From IMG/VR virus record IMGVR_UViG_2861079508_000006: a stretch of DNA of 46,151 nucleotides. The stretch is one strand, 5' to 3'. Each line of letters begins with the position of its first letter. The first letter of the stretch is position 1. The DNA is from a virus. Its lineage: Duplodnaviria; Heunggongvirae; Uroviricota; Caudoviricetes. The notes under the pieces were generated by a model. That model saw only the letters and a program-made list of their open reading frames with translations. It was not told the DNA's origin and did no database searches. Positions 1-10,628 of the stretch are shown in pieces. A program made the position numbers and the translations under genes.

Positions 1-750
1 TCAGTCAATTGTTTTGTTTATTCCATCTGTGACGCCGATTATTTTCTCAAAATAATGAGATGGCGTGACACCATAATAATCTTTAAATGCACATATGAAA
101 TATGAAGTACTGTTATAGCCACATTTCTGGGCTACGACATTGATAGAATAAGAGTTTGAAGTTATGAGTTTTTTTGCATACCTCATCCTAGTATCTCTCA
201 ATATTTCAGTAAATGACGTTCCTTCATCCCTTAATCTTTTTTTTATTAAACTTTCACTCGTATAAATCAATTCCGCAATATCTTTTAAATGCCATTGCCG
301 CTCAATATTAAAACTGATTATTCCAGTAATTTTACATGTAAATGTATTTATATTTGTTAGTATAAATGAATTTACACTTTCGTGTTTTTTGAACATGGCA
401 AGTAAGGATATACATAGTCTTTCTTTTAACCAAAGGGAGTGTGAGTCTGCTATTTTAATCCCTTCAAACAGAGAAAAAACAAGCGATAATGGAGGTTCCT
501 CTTCAGCAATATAGCCATTCTTATCAAGAGTAAATTTGCCAGGCAACTCATTATTCACGTCGATAAAAAAGGATAAACATGTTTTCTTATCTATATCAAC
601 AATTCTTAGTTTAGAGGGGCATACTGGTAACTCTCTTCTAATTTTGTCGCTTACAATAAACAATGAATTTTTTTTGAACGAGATAACTCTCCTGTTTATA
701 ATTAAATCAAATGATTGACAGATGAAAACTACGGAGCAAACATAATCCAT
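1..750 (-). CDS. appY: AraC-family transcriptional activator AppY
   Basis: Complete 249-aa ORF; translation matches recalled E. coli AppY and has a C-terminal AraC-type HTH region. Confidence 0.85.
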   Translation of the reverse strand: MDYVCSVVFICQSFDLIINRRVISFKKNSLFIVSDKIRRELPVCPSKLRIVDIDKKTCLSFFIDVNNELPGKFTLDKNGYIAEEEPPLSLVFSLFEGIKIADSHSLWLKERLCISLLAMFKKHESVNSFILTNINTFTCKITGIISFNIERQWHLKDIAELIYTSESLIKKRLRDEGTSFTEILRDTRMRYAKKLITSNSYSINVVAQKCGYNSTSYFICAFKDYYGVTPSHYFEKIIGVTDGINKTID

Positions 751-1320
751 CTTGCACCTATCATAAAATTAAAACAAGTTGATAGTAGTCAAATAACAGC
801 CAATTAAATACACAATCATAATCAGGATGATGTGCATTTATATTTTTATACACAAAATTATAGTTTGCAAATTTTAATAAGTTTCATTTAAGATTAAATT
901 ATTATATGTATATTGTTTTTTATTCTAACGTATTTCAAAGTTACATTTTTCAACGCTTACTATGCTTTTTATTAACATAAACTCACTACAACGCACCTGA
1001 AACCTCTTGCTATATATATGTCAACCGTTTGAATTTAAAATAAAAAGAGTATCATTTTTACTTGCATTTCTTATCAAGTCACATTCAACAACAGTAAAAA
1101 AACATTATTAGAACCATTCAATTAACAAAAAACCAACATCCAGCTTGCTTAATTTTTCTTTATTAAACGATATTGAAAATCAATTGATAAAATACATCTA
1201 AACAACCTTTTGGGGCGCAAAAGCATAACATCAAACAAACAAATAACACACCGAAAAAACTCACAATTAATAACCTATGATATACATACTGTTTATTATG
1301 GTTGAATAAGCCACTCGATA
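751..1320. promoter_or_regulatory. AT-rich intergenic leader upstream of appY
   Basis: About 570 bp of very AT-rich sequence with no convincing ORF; resembles H-NS-silenced leader regions. No promoter elements mapped. Confidence 0.3.
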
Positions 1321-1425
1321 TCTGGTGCTACGGAAGTGTCCACACGGTTTAGCAGCACCCGATACTTTTTCCAGGCTTCCAGCAACGAGTTTTCTTCCTC
1401 CGTTGCATATACAGCTCACCTTTTT

Positions 1426-1719
1426 TCACCCACGATTAACCAACAGCCAGACCAGCAGACACGCCACCACCGGCACAGCAAAATCCATCAGGCTTGCCAC
1501 ATCCCACGCACGCGGATCAAAACCGCCCCACCACGGCATATTCATACGCTTGCCATGCCCGAACATTTCAATCCAGCGATATTCTGCCTGGGTATGTTCA
1601 CGCGCAATGAAGAACGTACAACCAGCAATCGCCCCGTAAGCCCAGTTTCCGGTAAAAAGACCAACCAGTACCTGCGCAGCCACAGCACAAAGTGCATGAA
1701 GGAAAGGTGTTATATCCAT
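1426..1719 (-). CDS. hypothetical small membrane protein
   Basis: 97-aa ORF with hydrophobic N- and C-terminal segments (AVAAQVLVGLF, VVACLLVWLLV); not recognised. Confidence 0.4.
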   Translation of the reverse strand: MDITPFLHALCAVAAQVLVGLFTGNWAYGAIAGCTFFIAREHTQAEYRWIEMFGHGKRMNMPWWGGFDPRAWDVASLMDFAVPVVACLLVWLLVNRG

Positions 1720-1729
1720 TACGCCTCCT

Positions 1730-2434
1730 TTATCCGATATCGCTTCGGGAAACGGATAACAACTTTAATTCTGACTCAAGTTCATCAACTCTTTCAGTCA
1801 GCTTCTGGATATGGTGAATCAGTGGAACAACCAGACGTTCGTACATTACACCTTCGGCAACAAGGCCATTGCTGGAAATAGCTTCAGGAGCATCATCTTC
1901 GTTAGCTGGTCGCCAGTGTACAAACTGAGGGGCAATTTCTCCTACTTCCTCGGCAATCAATCCGTAGAATCCCCAGTCACGCCTGTCATTTTCGCATTGC
2001 GACCTGTACCACACAGGGCGCATCCTGAAAATGAGATCGGCGTGCTCTGAATCTATCGTCTCTACTGAATGTTTATAGCGAATAGACGATGTTGACCGCA
2101 GTACAGACGAAATTGCAGAGTCAGGATTAAGATAAAGGTTTGCCGCCGCTGTAGTCGTGCCCAATCCCCACATATAAAACGCTTCACGGCCAGTCAACGG
2201 GTAAAAATCTCCACCATAACGACCGCTTTCCAGATCGTTCACTTCCAGTTTGTTTTTCAGCTTATTATCAACTTCAGTTTTTGTGTATCTGGTGCTGATA
2301 TCCTGCTTTGCACTGGTCATATCAGTCTGAAGCGTTGATACTTTTCCGTTAATTGAGGAAATATCTTCCTTAGTTTTACTGACATCTCCCTTTAGCGTGG
2401 TGATATCTCCTGGAATTACTGTCGATGTAGCCAT
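1730..2434 (-). CDS. tail-fibre-tip-like protein with C-terminal intramolecular chaperone (peptidase S74-like) region
   Basis: 234-aa ORF; N-terminal heptad-like repeats (TTLKGDVSKTKEDISSINGKVSTLQTDMTSAKQDIS) and a C-terminal stretch (GLIAEEVGEIAPQFV, ERLVVPLIHHIQKLTERVDELESEL) resembling auto-chaperone domains of phage fibres. Assigned by motif resemblance only. Confidence 0.5.
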   Translation of the reverse strand: MATSTVIPGDITTLKGDVSKTKEDISSINGKVSTLQTDMTSAKQDISTRYTKTEVDNKLKNKLEVNDLESGRYGGDFYPLTGREAFYMWGLGTTTAAANLYLNPDSAISSVLRSTSSIRYKHSVETIDSEHADLIFRMRPVWYRSQCENDRRDWGFYGLIAEEVGEIAPQFVHWRPANEDDAPEAISSNGLVAEGVMYERLVVPLIHHIQKLTERVDELESELKLLSVSRSDIG

Positions 2435-2443
2435 TTGTCTCCC

Positions 2444-2725
2444 TCACATCCAGCCACGAAGTTGATGCTCAACAACAACCGCGTATTTATCGAATATTGA
2501 CGATTTTTTTACATCATTAATGATGCGCACGTTTACAAAATATCCGTCTTCCTTAACACATACCGGTTCGCCATCTTCAGTCAGTTCTCCGGTTTCTTTG
2601 TACACGTTACCTATCACGTCAATAAGAATATCATCCTGCATCGACTCGTCATCATAATAGCCAATACTCTCCATAAAGGCCGAAAAGTCGGCCCTGTCTG
2701 CAAATTTGAGTGTTAAATCTTTCAT
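2444..2725 (-). CDS. hypothetical protein in tail-fibre-assembly position
   Basis: 93-aa ORF immediately downstream of stf with a 4-bp overlap; does not resemble recalled lambda Tfa. Confidence 0.4.
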   Translation of the reverse strand: MKDLTLKFADRADFSAFMESIGYYDDESMQDDILIDVIGNVYKETGELTEDGEPVCVKEDGYFVNVRIINDVKKSSIFDKYAVVVEHQLRGWM

Positions 2726-5076
2726 TTAATACTCTCCCCCATTTGCGCATCAGTTAATTCTTTATGCCAGATACGCAGATTACGGATATGACCAAAAAGA
2801 TGATACTCCCCATTAGTGCCCTGCCCTCCAATTCGCAATACTGCCCGTGGAACAATTGAAGTCCATGTTGTTTTTGCCGCAACAGATAATTCACCATTAC
2901 ATACGGCCTGAACATCTCCATCAGCGCCACAACGGAAGCCTGAAATGATTTTCCTCTGGGTTGTTGCCACATATTTATTACACCCTCCCATAGAAATAAA
3001 AGGAGAACCGGCATCAGAGAAATTATTACCACGGAATCCATGCGTGAACAGACCATTTTCCTGATAATCTTTAACATTAAAGATTAATGGTGATTTGCTG
3101 GGAGGGATATCCCAGTTTTTATTAACTTCAACAAGAGCACTGAATGGTAATCGGTGAATATTGTTTCTTACAGGTATTGTCACCATGTCGCTGGAGCGAG
3201 TGCCAGGAGCCCCTTCAGTAATGATAAATGACGTCCTGTACGACCCAATCTCCGCCTGAGGCATCGCAATATCTAACGTAGAGCCATTGGGGATAATACT
3301 GATTCCAGGCATCGCCAGGATTTCAAATCTTGAGCTGATTATCATTTCCGCATCTGCAAAAAGAGTGGCGGTAAACAACCACCATTCACCGACTCTTTCT
3401 GCCGTCACCGTCACATTATTTCCATGAACAACATTTCCCGTAACAGGATCCAGAACTGCATCTGAATGAAAAACAAACGCACCATTATCAGACATTTTTC
3501 CGAACCTTGCACGACACCGGGAATTATCACTTTTCGTCAGACACGATATCGTCGTATAAGAACCTGCCGGGCAGGTGTAAGCATCATTCGTGTTTACAGC
3601 AATTGCCTGATATCCTTGTGCTGTCGGATTTTCATTAATAACAGTTATCCTTCCATAGTTAAACCCCTTATCACTGTCGAACGACTCAACAGACACACTA
3701 CCCGTGTTATTCCATGCTTCTGGTGTATTTGAATTTCTGAAATAGTTTGTTCTCTGTCCTTCAATCAGCAAACCTTCTCGTTCAAATCGCGGTTCGTCAA
3801 CTTCAGCAACGGTTAATACACCTGATTTATTAATGTATGTTGCACCTGATGCGCGTTTGAAGCTAACAACCTTATCGGATGGCATTTTAATAACATCATC
3901 ACCTACGGTTATTTGCTTATAACCAGGCGAAAAGCCAGCAAGCATATCCAGTGAATCGTTAAACGGTATCCACACATCAGGCAGTGGCTGTAAGACATAT
4001 TTATACGGCTCTGCTGCCTGGCTTGCATACTCTCTGGCTGCATCCTCACTTGCTTTAGCTGCTGTCTGGCTTGCTGCCGATGCTTGCGCCGAGTTCGCCG
4101 CTGCAGTCTCGCTTGTCTTTGCATTGGTTTCACTGGTTTTTGCAGCTTTTTGACTGTTTGCTGATGCAGTGGCAGAAGCAGCCGCCGCACTTGCAGAACC
4201 AGCTGCAGCACTCTCGCTTTCGGCTGCTGCATCCTGACTGCTTTTCGCCGCAGTTTCGCTGGCTTTGGCATTTGTTTCGCTGGTCTTCGCTGCCGTCTGG
4301 CTGGACTTTGCGTTAGTTTCGCTCGTCTTCGCTGCTTTCTGGCTGTTAGCCGCAGCAGTTGCTGATCCAGCTGCTGCAGTCGCAGAACCGGCTGCCGCGC
4401 TCTCGCTTTCGGCTGCTGCATTCTGGCTATTTTTCGCCGCAGTTTCACTGGCTTTGGCATTCGTTTCGCTGGTTTTCGCTGCCGTCTGGCTGGACTTTGC
4501 GTTGGTTTCGCTCGTCTTTGCGGCTGTCTCGCTGTTTTTCGCGTTGGTTTCTGATTTTTTGGCTGCTGTCGCGGAGTTTGCCGATGCAGTCTGCGAGGAC
4601 GCTGCCGCCTGTGCGCTGTTAGCTGCATTCGTTTCTGAGGTTTTCGCCGCGTTCTTCGATGATGCCGCTGCAGTTTCGGATTTCTTTGCCGCCGCTGCGC
4701 TCTGAGAGGCGGCTTCGGCGTTGCGTGCCGCTTCTTCCACCATTGCCTCAAAACGACGCAATGCCTCCGGCATGACATCATCTTCCGTCATGGCACCGAG
4801 AAAATCATTCAGCGTACCTGGTCTGGAACCTTCATAGACGGTAATGGTTCCGGCATGTGAAGGCGGAAAACCTTCAACCAGCAGGGTGACGCTGTACTGG
4901 CCATGCTCAACATCCATGCTGTAACGCCCGGCTTCATCCGGATTTTCAGAGGCCACCGTGTTCACCAGTACCGTGGTGCTGTTACGCTTTGCCTTCAGTT
5001 GAATAGTGCAGTTCTGTATTGGTTTTCCCGCACCATCTTTCAGCACACCTGAGATTTTTACTGCTGCCATATCCAC
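2722..5076 (-). CDS. stf: side tail fibre protein Stf
   Basis: 784-aa ORF with a long Ala/Ser/Thr-rich repetitive central region (AAKTSETNAKSSQTAAK units) typical of lambda/Rac Stf; positioned after J and lom. Confidence 0.8.
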   Translation of the reverse strand: MDMAAVKISGVLKDGAGKPIQNCTIQLKAKRNSTTVLVNTVASENPDEAGRYSMDVEHGQYSVTLLVEGFPPSHAGTITVYEGSRPGTLNDFLGAMTEDDVMPEALRRFEAMVEEAARNAEAASQSAAAAKKSETAAASSKNAAKTSETNAANSAQAAASSQTASANSATAAKKSETNAKNSETAAKTSETNAKSSQTAAKTSETNAKASETAAKNSQNAAAESESAAAGSATAAAGSATAAANSQKAAKTSETNAKSSQTAAKTSETNAKASETAAKSSQDAAAESESAAAGSASAAAASATASANSQKAAKTSETNAKTSETAAANSAQASAASQTAAKASEDAAREYASQAAEPYKYVLQPLPDVWIPFNDSLDMLAGFSPGYKQITVGDDVIKMPSDKVVSFKRASGATYINKSGVLTVAEVDEPRFEREGLLIEGQRTNYFRNSNTPEAWNNTGSVSVESFDSDKGFNYGRITVINENPTAQGYQAIAVNTNDAYTCPAGSYTTISCLTKSDNSRCRARFGKMSDNGAFVFHSDAVLDPVTGNVVHGNNVTVTAERVGEWWLFTATLFADAEMIISSRFEILAMPGISIIPNGSTLDIAMPQAEIGSYRTSFIITEGAPGTRSSDMVTIPVRNNIHRLPFSALVEVNKNWDIPPSKSPLIFNVKDYQENGLFTHGFRGNNFSDAGSPFISMGGCNKYVATTQRKIISGFRCGADGDVQAVCNGELSVAAKTTWTSIVPRAVLRIGGQGTNGEYHLFGHIRNLRIWHKELTDAQMGESIK
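4060..4700. repeat. tandem, near-identical repeats of roughly 195 bp inside stf
   Basis: Nucleotide blocks around 4240-4330 and 4430-4530 are nearly identical; the protein shows repeated SETNAK/SQTAAK units. Boundaries approximate. Confidence 0.6.
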
Positions 5077-5081
5077 TCCAC

Positions 5082-5108
5082 AAAAAAGCCCGCCTGAACC
5101 GGCGGGCT
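5082..5108 (-). terminator. putative rho-independent terminator downstream of lom
   Basis: Stem agcccgcc / ggcgggct with a 6-nt loop, followed on the minus strand by a T run (A run 5082-5087 on the plus strand). Confidence 0.45.
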
Positions 5109-5134
5109 GTCATAACACTGTGTTACCTGGCTAA

Positions 5135-5734
5135 TCAGAATTTATAACCGACACCCACGATGAAACCGTCAGTGCGCCAGTCACCACTGCCGGAACCTTC
5201 ATAAGCAAGGTCAATGGCCACGGATTCGGTCGGGTTAAACTGCACGCCAGCCCCCCACGCCAGAGACGTGTTGCTGTGGCGACCGTCATCACTTCCGGTC
5301 AGCACATCGTGCGTTTTCCCCTTGTTGTCAGTTACGCGGAGATAATCCCCGGAAAAAGTCGAAACACGGCTGTAAGCCATACCCGCCATCGCATACGCGC
5401 TGAACCATTCATTCACGCGCACAGACGGCCCCGCCATCACGCTGAACCAGCGGTTACGCACGGAATCTTCATGCCAGCGGGTATCGCTGTAATGCGTTTT
5501 TTGCTCATCTTTGGCATTGGCATAACTGAATGACGTCACCAGCCCCAGCGTGTCCGTAAACTCATAACGGTATTTCACGTTAATGCCCTTCAGGTCATCG
5601 TTGCCGGGCATATCAGTATGGGTCTGAAGATACCCGGCGCTTAGTGTGGACTGATGCTCTGCTGCGCTCGCTGGCGTACCAGCGGCGACCAGCCAGACTA
5701 CTGTGGACAGAATAACAGCACATAATTTACGCAT
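5135..5734 (-). CDS. lom: outer membrane protein Lom (Ail/Lom family)
   Basis: 199-aa ORF with signal peptide and C-terminal GVGYKF beta-barrel ending; matches recalled lambda Lom. Confidence 0.85.
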   Translation of the reverse strand: MRKLCAVILSTVVWLVAAGTPASAAEHQSTLSAGYLQTHTDMPGNDDLKGINVKYRYEFTDTLGLVTSFSYANAKDEQKTHYSDTRWHEDSVRNRWFSVMAGPSVRVNEWFSAYAMAGMAYSRVSTFSGDYLRVTDNKGKTHDVLTGSDDGRHSNTSLAWGAGVQFNPTESVAIDLAYEGSGSGDWRTDGFIVGVGYKF

Positions 5735-5757
5735 AATTACCTCTCGCTTTTCTGCAA

Positions 5758-5782
5758 TAAAAAAGGCGCCATTTCTGGCGCC
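5758..5782 (-). terminator. putative rho-independent terminator between J and lom
   Basis: ggcgcc / ggcgcc stem with a 6-nt loop, followed on the minus strand by a T6 run. Confidence 0.45.
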
Positions 5783-5801
5783 CGTATCTGGGTTATAAAA
5801 T

Positions 5802-8800
5802 TCAGCTAATCGTGATGCCTGCAGTGGCTTTCTTCATCACAACAACCAGCAAATCGCTGATACTTGCTGTGGGATACCAGCCATTTACCCACCATGCTGA
5901 TACAGAAAACTCCAGTGTCATTACGCCACTGCCTGCAGGCATATCAATAACACCCGTGTAAATCAGAGTATTATCCAGAGCCGTTCGGTTATAAATTTCA
6001 GCCCCGTTTTTCTTCACTATCAGGCGGCATGACGAATAAGTATCGCTATTCTCCCGTTCATGTCTGGCACCGCTGAAAGCCACCGCTGGAATAACAATTT
6101 GCCGGTCAAACGGCTGATCGTCATAAACCCTGACGGTAATGGTCCCTGATGGCCACCGCTCCGGTGCACGGGAGTCCCGGGGGAAAGCTTTGCCCACTGT
6201 TTTAACGAGATCGCCTTCAATCTGGTTCGCGGACAGTTTTCCCAGAACCCGACAGTTCTCGTTAATCGTGACGTTGTTGAGCGTCCCGGAGTTCGCATTC
6301 ACGCTACCGCTGATATCGGCATTTTTCGCCGTCAGCCGCCCGTCCGGTGTCAGGGAAAATGCCGGAGGATTACCGCCGCTGGTAATGGTGGGAGCCGTCA
6401 GATATTTCAGGAACACTTCGTTCATGAATATCTGATCGCCCTGACCAACAAACATCGGCTTTGTGTTGCCATTCGCAGGATTAACCATCGCAATCCTGTC
6501 CGCCGCCAGCAGCACCTGACTCTGCATGCCGTCAGGGGTGTTCTCAATACCGGCACCAATACCCGCGATATAAAGGCGTCCGTCCTGCATCTGCTGCAGC
6601 TTCACAGCCCACATGCTGTTCAGGTTATTATTTGTATCAACCTGAACCTTCTGTATCTGCTGAATTGCCGCACTCTGGTCTTCCAGTTTCTTATTGACGG
6701 TCTGCGTGATTTCATTGCTGACATCCGTAATGGACGTCCTGATTTCAGCCAGGTCAGGCGCAAGCTGACCGTTATCAATCTGCGTCCACAGCTCCTGAGC
6801 CAGATGGCTTTTCCCTATCTCGCCTTTGAAAAAATCCAGATAGCCGGATGCATCATCACTCGGCTGGCCAACAGCCTCCACAAATGCCGATTTGCCAACG
6901 GTGTTCACACTGCGGATGTAAAAATAATAATCATGGCCCGGTTTGATATTGATACTGGCAGCTATCCAGTACAGCGCCGTGCCAAGATAGCGGGCTGTGG
7001 TTTCAACCTGCCTGATATCCGCAATCCGCTTTTCCGAGAACCAGAACTCAAACTGTACCGTCGGATCATAAACGGCAAGATGGGGCGTGGCGGTTATCTG
7101 AAAATAGCCCGGCGTCAGCTCAATCCGCGACGGCGCTGCCGGTGCGGCAATACGGAACGATACCGATGCCGGATCGCCCTGCTGCCCCCAGGCATTTGCC
7201 GCCCGGACTGTCAGCCTGTAGTTCCCTGGCGCCAGTTGCGTGAAGCGGTATGTGGTTTCCGTCGTCCGGGCCGTGCTGACCAGCCGCTCACTGCCGTCAT
7301 CCGCTGCCACGGTCAGGCGAAGCATAAAGCTCACACCCTTCACCACCTTCGGCGTATCCCAGCGCGCCAGCACCTGGTATTCCCCGCTGTCTGCGGTGAC
7401 TTCTGCGGTCAGGTGCTGCACCGCTGGCGGCGTGACACCATTCACCGTGCCGCTCTGGTCGCCGTCAAAGTGCGCCCCGTTATCCACGATGGCCTCTTTC
7501 TCCGGCACATGCTGCACAGCGGTGATGGCATACGTGCCGTCGTCATTCTCACGGATACTCACACAACGGAACAGGCGCTGGCGCAGCGTCGGCAGCTTCA
7601 GCCCCCACACGCTGTACTCGGCAACGCCGTCAGGAACCCGGCTCACTTTCACCTTCACGCCGTCGGTGACGGACTGGACCTCCACGCTGACCGGATTCCC
7701 CTGCCCGTCAACCAGGCTTATCAGCGTGGTGCCGGAGGATGGCAGCGTGATTTCACGGTCGAGCGTCAGCGTCCGGGTCTGGCTGTTCACCGCCAGCACA
7801 CGCCCGCCGATGCTGATCCCCGCATAGTCATCATCACAGATTTCAATGACATCGCCCGGTACATGGCGAAGCCCTTCTGCGCCCACGCTGAAGTCCACGG
7901 TCTGCGTTTCCAGCAGCTCCGTTTTAATCAGCCACAGCCCGGCGCGGTGTGCCTGCCCCCGGCTGGTACAGCCAAAGGCATCCATCTTCGTGACATTACG
8001 ACCGTAACGGAGAATGGCCTGCGTATCCTCCACAAGCTCTGTTGCCGTCTCCCAGCCGTTATCCGGGTCAATCCAGTTCACCTCAACGGCATTATGGCGG
8101 TCCTTCAGGGCGCTGAAGCTGTAGCGGAACGGCGCGCCATCATCCGGCATCACCACATTACTGCGGTTATAGGTCCACACCTTATCCGACGGTCGGTCCT
8201 GCACGAACGTCAGCGTCTGCCCGTTCCATACCGGCATACAGCGCATCGCCGAGCAGAAATCACTGAGCACATCCCACGCCTTACGCTGCGTGGTCAGGTA
8301 AGCGTTACAGGTGATGCGCGGCTCCGTGCCGCCAAAACCGTCCGGCACCGACTGGTCGCAATTCTGGCCGATGACATACAGCGCCCATTTATCCACATCT
8401 GCTGCACCAAGACGTTTCCCCATGCCGTAGCGCGGATGGGTCAGCATATCCCACAGACACCAGGCCATGTTGTTGCTGTATGCTGGCTTAAACGTTCCGT
8501 CCCAGATACCGCTGTATTGCCGCGTCTGCGGGTTATAGTTCGACGGCACCTGCAGAATGCGCCCGCGAAGATGATAATTACGGCTCACCTGCTGACTGCC
8601 GAACTGCTCTGAGTCCACCTGTACGCCAACCAGTGCCGTGTTCGGGTAGCACTGTTTCACATCGATGATTTCGGTGTATGACGACCAGAGCGTTTTGTTC
8701 TGCAGCTGGTCTGTGGTGCTGTCCGGCGTCATCCTGCGCATCCGGATATTGAACGGGCGCGGCGGCAGGTTATCCACCACCACCGAGGCCAGATACTGCG

Positions 8801-9281
8801 AGGTGGTTTTGCCCTTAATGGTGATGTCTTTTTCCGTCACCCAGCCACCGTTACGCTGTATCTGAACCAGCAGGCGGACTTCCGACGGATTCCTGTCTCC
8901 CTTTGAGGTGGTTTCCACCAGTGCCTGTACACCGAAGGTAAAGCGCAGACGGTCGATGTTTGCCGACGTGATGGTCCGGGTGATCGGCGTTTCATATTTC
9001 ACTTCCGTACCCAGCACCGTCTCGGAACCGGAGGATTCAAATCCCTCCGGCGGTGACTGCTCCTGCTCACCTGCCCGGAACACCACCGTGACGCCGGAGA
9101 TATTGGTATTCCCCTCACTGTCCAGCACCGGCGTACTGTTCAGCAGCACGCTTTTTAATCCATCCACCGGACCTTCAATCGGCCCTTCGCTGATGGCATC
9201 AATCGCACTCAACAGCTGCGTGGATTTCAGGTTGTCCTTCGCTTCGCGCGGGGTATGCCCCTTACTGCTGCCTTTACCCAT
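5802..9281 (-). CDS. J: tail tip / host specificity protein J
   Basis: 1159-aa ORF in the lambda J position; recognised by size and recalled sequence. Confidence 0.9.
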   Translation of the reverse strand: MGKGSSKGHTPREAKDNLKSTQLLSAIDAISEGPIEGPVDGLKSVLLNSTPVLDSEGNTNISGVTVVFRAGEQEQSPPEGFESSGSETVLGTEVKYETPITRTITSANIDRLRFTFGVQALVETTSKGDRNPSEVRLLVQIQRNGGWVTEKDITIKGKTTSQYLASVVVDNLPPRPFNIRMRRMTPDSTTDQLQNKTLWSSYTEIIDVKQCYPNTALVGVQVDSEQFGSQQVSRNYHLRGRILQVPSNYNPQTRQYSGIWDGTFKPAYSNNMAWCLWDMLTHPRYGMGKRLGAADVDKWALYVIGQNCDQSVPDGFGGTEPRITCNAYLTTQRKAWDVLSDFCSAMRCMPVWNGQTLTFVQDRPSDKVWTYNRSNVVMPDDGAPFRYSFSALKDRHNAVEVNWIDPDNGWETATELVEDTQAILRYGRNVTKMDAFGCTSRGQAHRAGLWLIKTELLETQTVDFSVGAEGLRHVPGDVIEICDDDYAGISIGGRVLAVNSQTRTLTLDREITLPSSGTTLISLVDGQGNPVSVEVQSVTDGVKVKVSRVPDGVAEYSVWGLKLPTLRQRLFRCVSIRENDDGTYAITAVQHVPEKEAIVDNGAHFDGDQSGTVNGVTPPAVQHLTAEVTADSGEYQVLARWDTPKVVKGVSFMLRLTVAADDGSERLVSTARTTETTYRFTQLAPGNYRLTVRAANAWGQQGDPASVSFRIAAPAAPSRIELTPGYFQITATPHLAVYDPTVQFEFWFSEKRIADIRQVETTARYLGTALYWIAASINIKPGHDYYFYIRSVNTVGKSAFVEAVGQPSDDASGYLDFFKGEIGKSHLAQELWTQIDNGQLAPDLAEIRTSITDVSNEITQTVNKKLEDQSAAIQQIQKVQVDTNNNLNSMWAVKLQQMQDGRLYIAGIGAGIENTPDGMQSQVLLAADRIAMVNPANGNTKPMFVGQGDQIFMNEVFLKYLTAPTITSGGNPPAFSLTPDGRLTAKNADISGSVNANSGTLNNVTINENCRVLGKLSANQIEGDLVKTVGKAFPRDSRAPERWPSGTITVRVYDDQPFDRQIVIPAVAFSGARHERENSDTYSSCRLIVKKNGAEIYNRTALDNTLIYTGVIDMPAGSGVMTLEFSVSAWWVNGWYPTASISDLLVVVMKKATAGITIS

Positions 9282-9303
9282 TCGTCATGCTCCATAAACG
9301 ATA

Positions 9304-9324
9304 AAACCGCCCGGAGGCGGTTTC
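9304..9324 (-). other. perfect 8-bp stem-loop in the I-J intergenic gap
   Basis: aaaccgcc cgga ggcggttt, followed by T-rich sequence on the minus strand; function not established. Confidence 0.3.
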
Positions 9325-9341
9325 ACATAAAACGTTTTTCA

Positions 9342-9983
9342 TCAGCGACCAATCACCACAACCTGACCACCATCACCTTCATCTGCTGTGCTGATCTCCT
9401 GAGATACCACACGTGATCCCACGCGCATTTCACCGTACAGAACGGGCAGAACATTGCCCTGGGCAACCATATTATCCAGTGAAGAAAAATAGGTGTTCTG
9501 TTTGCCGTTATCCGTTGTCTGTGTGCGGGGGGTTTTGGGTTTAGGGGCCAGCATCTGTGCAACACCGCCAAGCGTCATACTGGCACCGAGAGAAAACAGC
9601 AGATTACTCGCCATAATTCCTACCCCCGGCATCCATATAGCAACCGCCATAACAGCCGCCCCCAGCACAGCCTGAAACACACCGCCACTTTTGGCTCCTG
9701 CCAGACGCGGCACGATATGGATCACAGCACCATTTGCCAGCGGTTCATTAAGACGGGCTGATAATTCCGTTTCACCTGTATCACGCCCGGCAATCCGTAC
9801 CTGATACCAGCCGTCGCTCAGTTTCTGACGAAACGCCGGGAGCTGTGTGGCCAGCGCCCGGATAGCTTCAGCCCCCGTTTTCACACGAAGGTCGATGCGG
9901 CGGCCAAATCGTTGTAAATCCCCGTAAAGGCAGATGCGCGCCATGCCCGGTGACGCCAGAGGGAGTGTGTGCGTCGCTGCCAT
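9342..9983 (-). CDS. I: tail assembly protein I
   Basis: 213-aa ORF overlapping the 3' end of K, as in lambda; gene-order and recall. Confidence 0.8.
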   Translation of the reverse strand: MAATHTLPLASPGMARICLYGDLQRFGRRIDLRVKTGAEAIRALATQLPAFRQKLSDGWYQVRIAGRDTGETELSARLNEPLANGAVIHIVPRLAGAKSGGVFQAVLGAAVMAVAIWMPGVGIMASNLLFSLGASMTLGGVAQMLAPKPKTPRTQTTDNGKQNTYFSSLDNMVAQGNVLPVLYGEMRVGSRVVSQEISTADEGDGGQVVVIGR

Positions 9984-10624
9984 TTGTCGGTATACCTCTC
10001 TCGTTTGCTCAGTTGTTCAGGAATATGGTGCAGCAGCTCGCCGTCACCACAGTAAATGGCGGCATGATTCGGCACCGATGAACCAAAACAGCACAGCAGC
10101 ACATCGCCCGGTTGTGCTGATGACAACGGCACCTGATACAGCCCTGTGGCCTCCAGATTATCCAGATAGAGATTCTGACCGTGACGCCACCAGTCATCCC
10201 CGCGATGAAAATTCGGCATCTCAATCCCCGCCAGATGATAAGCATCCCGGAACAGCGTGTAACAGTCCGTCACCCCGTGCTCAAAGCGCCGCCCGGTGAG
10301 ATGCGGCACACAGCGGAACTTGTGAATCGCCCCCCGGCAGACCAGCCACCACGGCAAATCACTCTGCACCTGCAGCCGCCGGTCAGCCTCACTCAGCCAG
10401 GGCAGACCACCGGGATGGCTGTGGACCAGTGCCACAATCTCACCCTGCATCTCTGCCTGCAGCCAGTCCTCCGGAGCCATCCGGAAATAATCCTCCGGCT
10501 CACCGGAAATATTCACGCAGGGAAAATATCTTTCCCCCTCCGGCGCTCTCACCACGAAGCCGCACGACTCCGCTGGCGCACATCGCCGGGCGTGCGCCAG
10601 AATCGCTGATTCTGTCTCTGTCAT
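9881..10624 (-). CDS. K: tail assembly protein K (JAB/MPN plus NlpC/P60-like)
   Basis: Contains HSHPGG metalloprotease-like motif and a Cys-containing NlpC/P60-like region. Start placed at the internal Met (MTETES); the upstream ATG at 10666 is also possible. Confidence 0.75.
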   Translation of the reverse strand: MTETESAILAHARRCAPAESCGFVVRAPEGERYFPCVNISGEPEDYFRMAPEDWLQAEMQGEIVALVHSHPGGLPWLSEADRRLQVQSDLPWWLVCRGAIHKFRCVPHLTGRRFEHGVTDCYTLFRDAYHLAGIEMPNFHRGDDWWRHGQNLYLDNLEATGLYQVPLSSAQPGDVLLCCFGSSVPNHAAIYCGDGELLHHIPEQLSKRERYTDKWQRRTHSLWRHRAWRASAFTGIYNDLAAASTFV

Positions 10625-10628
10625 GGGA

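Noticed and set aside
1325-1881. Overlapping plus-strand ORFs of 104 and 181 aa
   Set aside because: Antisense to the 97-aa membrane protein ORF and the start of the fibre-tip ORF; His/Arg/Ser-rich low-complexity translation.
3909-4781. 290-aa Arg/Gln-rich minus-strand ORF and plus-strand ORFs (4265..4705, 4359..4622) within the stf repeat region
   Set aside because: Alternative frames of the stf tandem repeats; low-complexity translations with no coding support.
6804-8612. 602-aa plus-strand ORF (and 7240..7827, 195 aa) inside the J gene
   Set aside because: Antisense to a well-supported 1159-aa J; Arg/His/Pro-rich composition typical of alternate-frame artefacts in GC-rich coding sequence.
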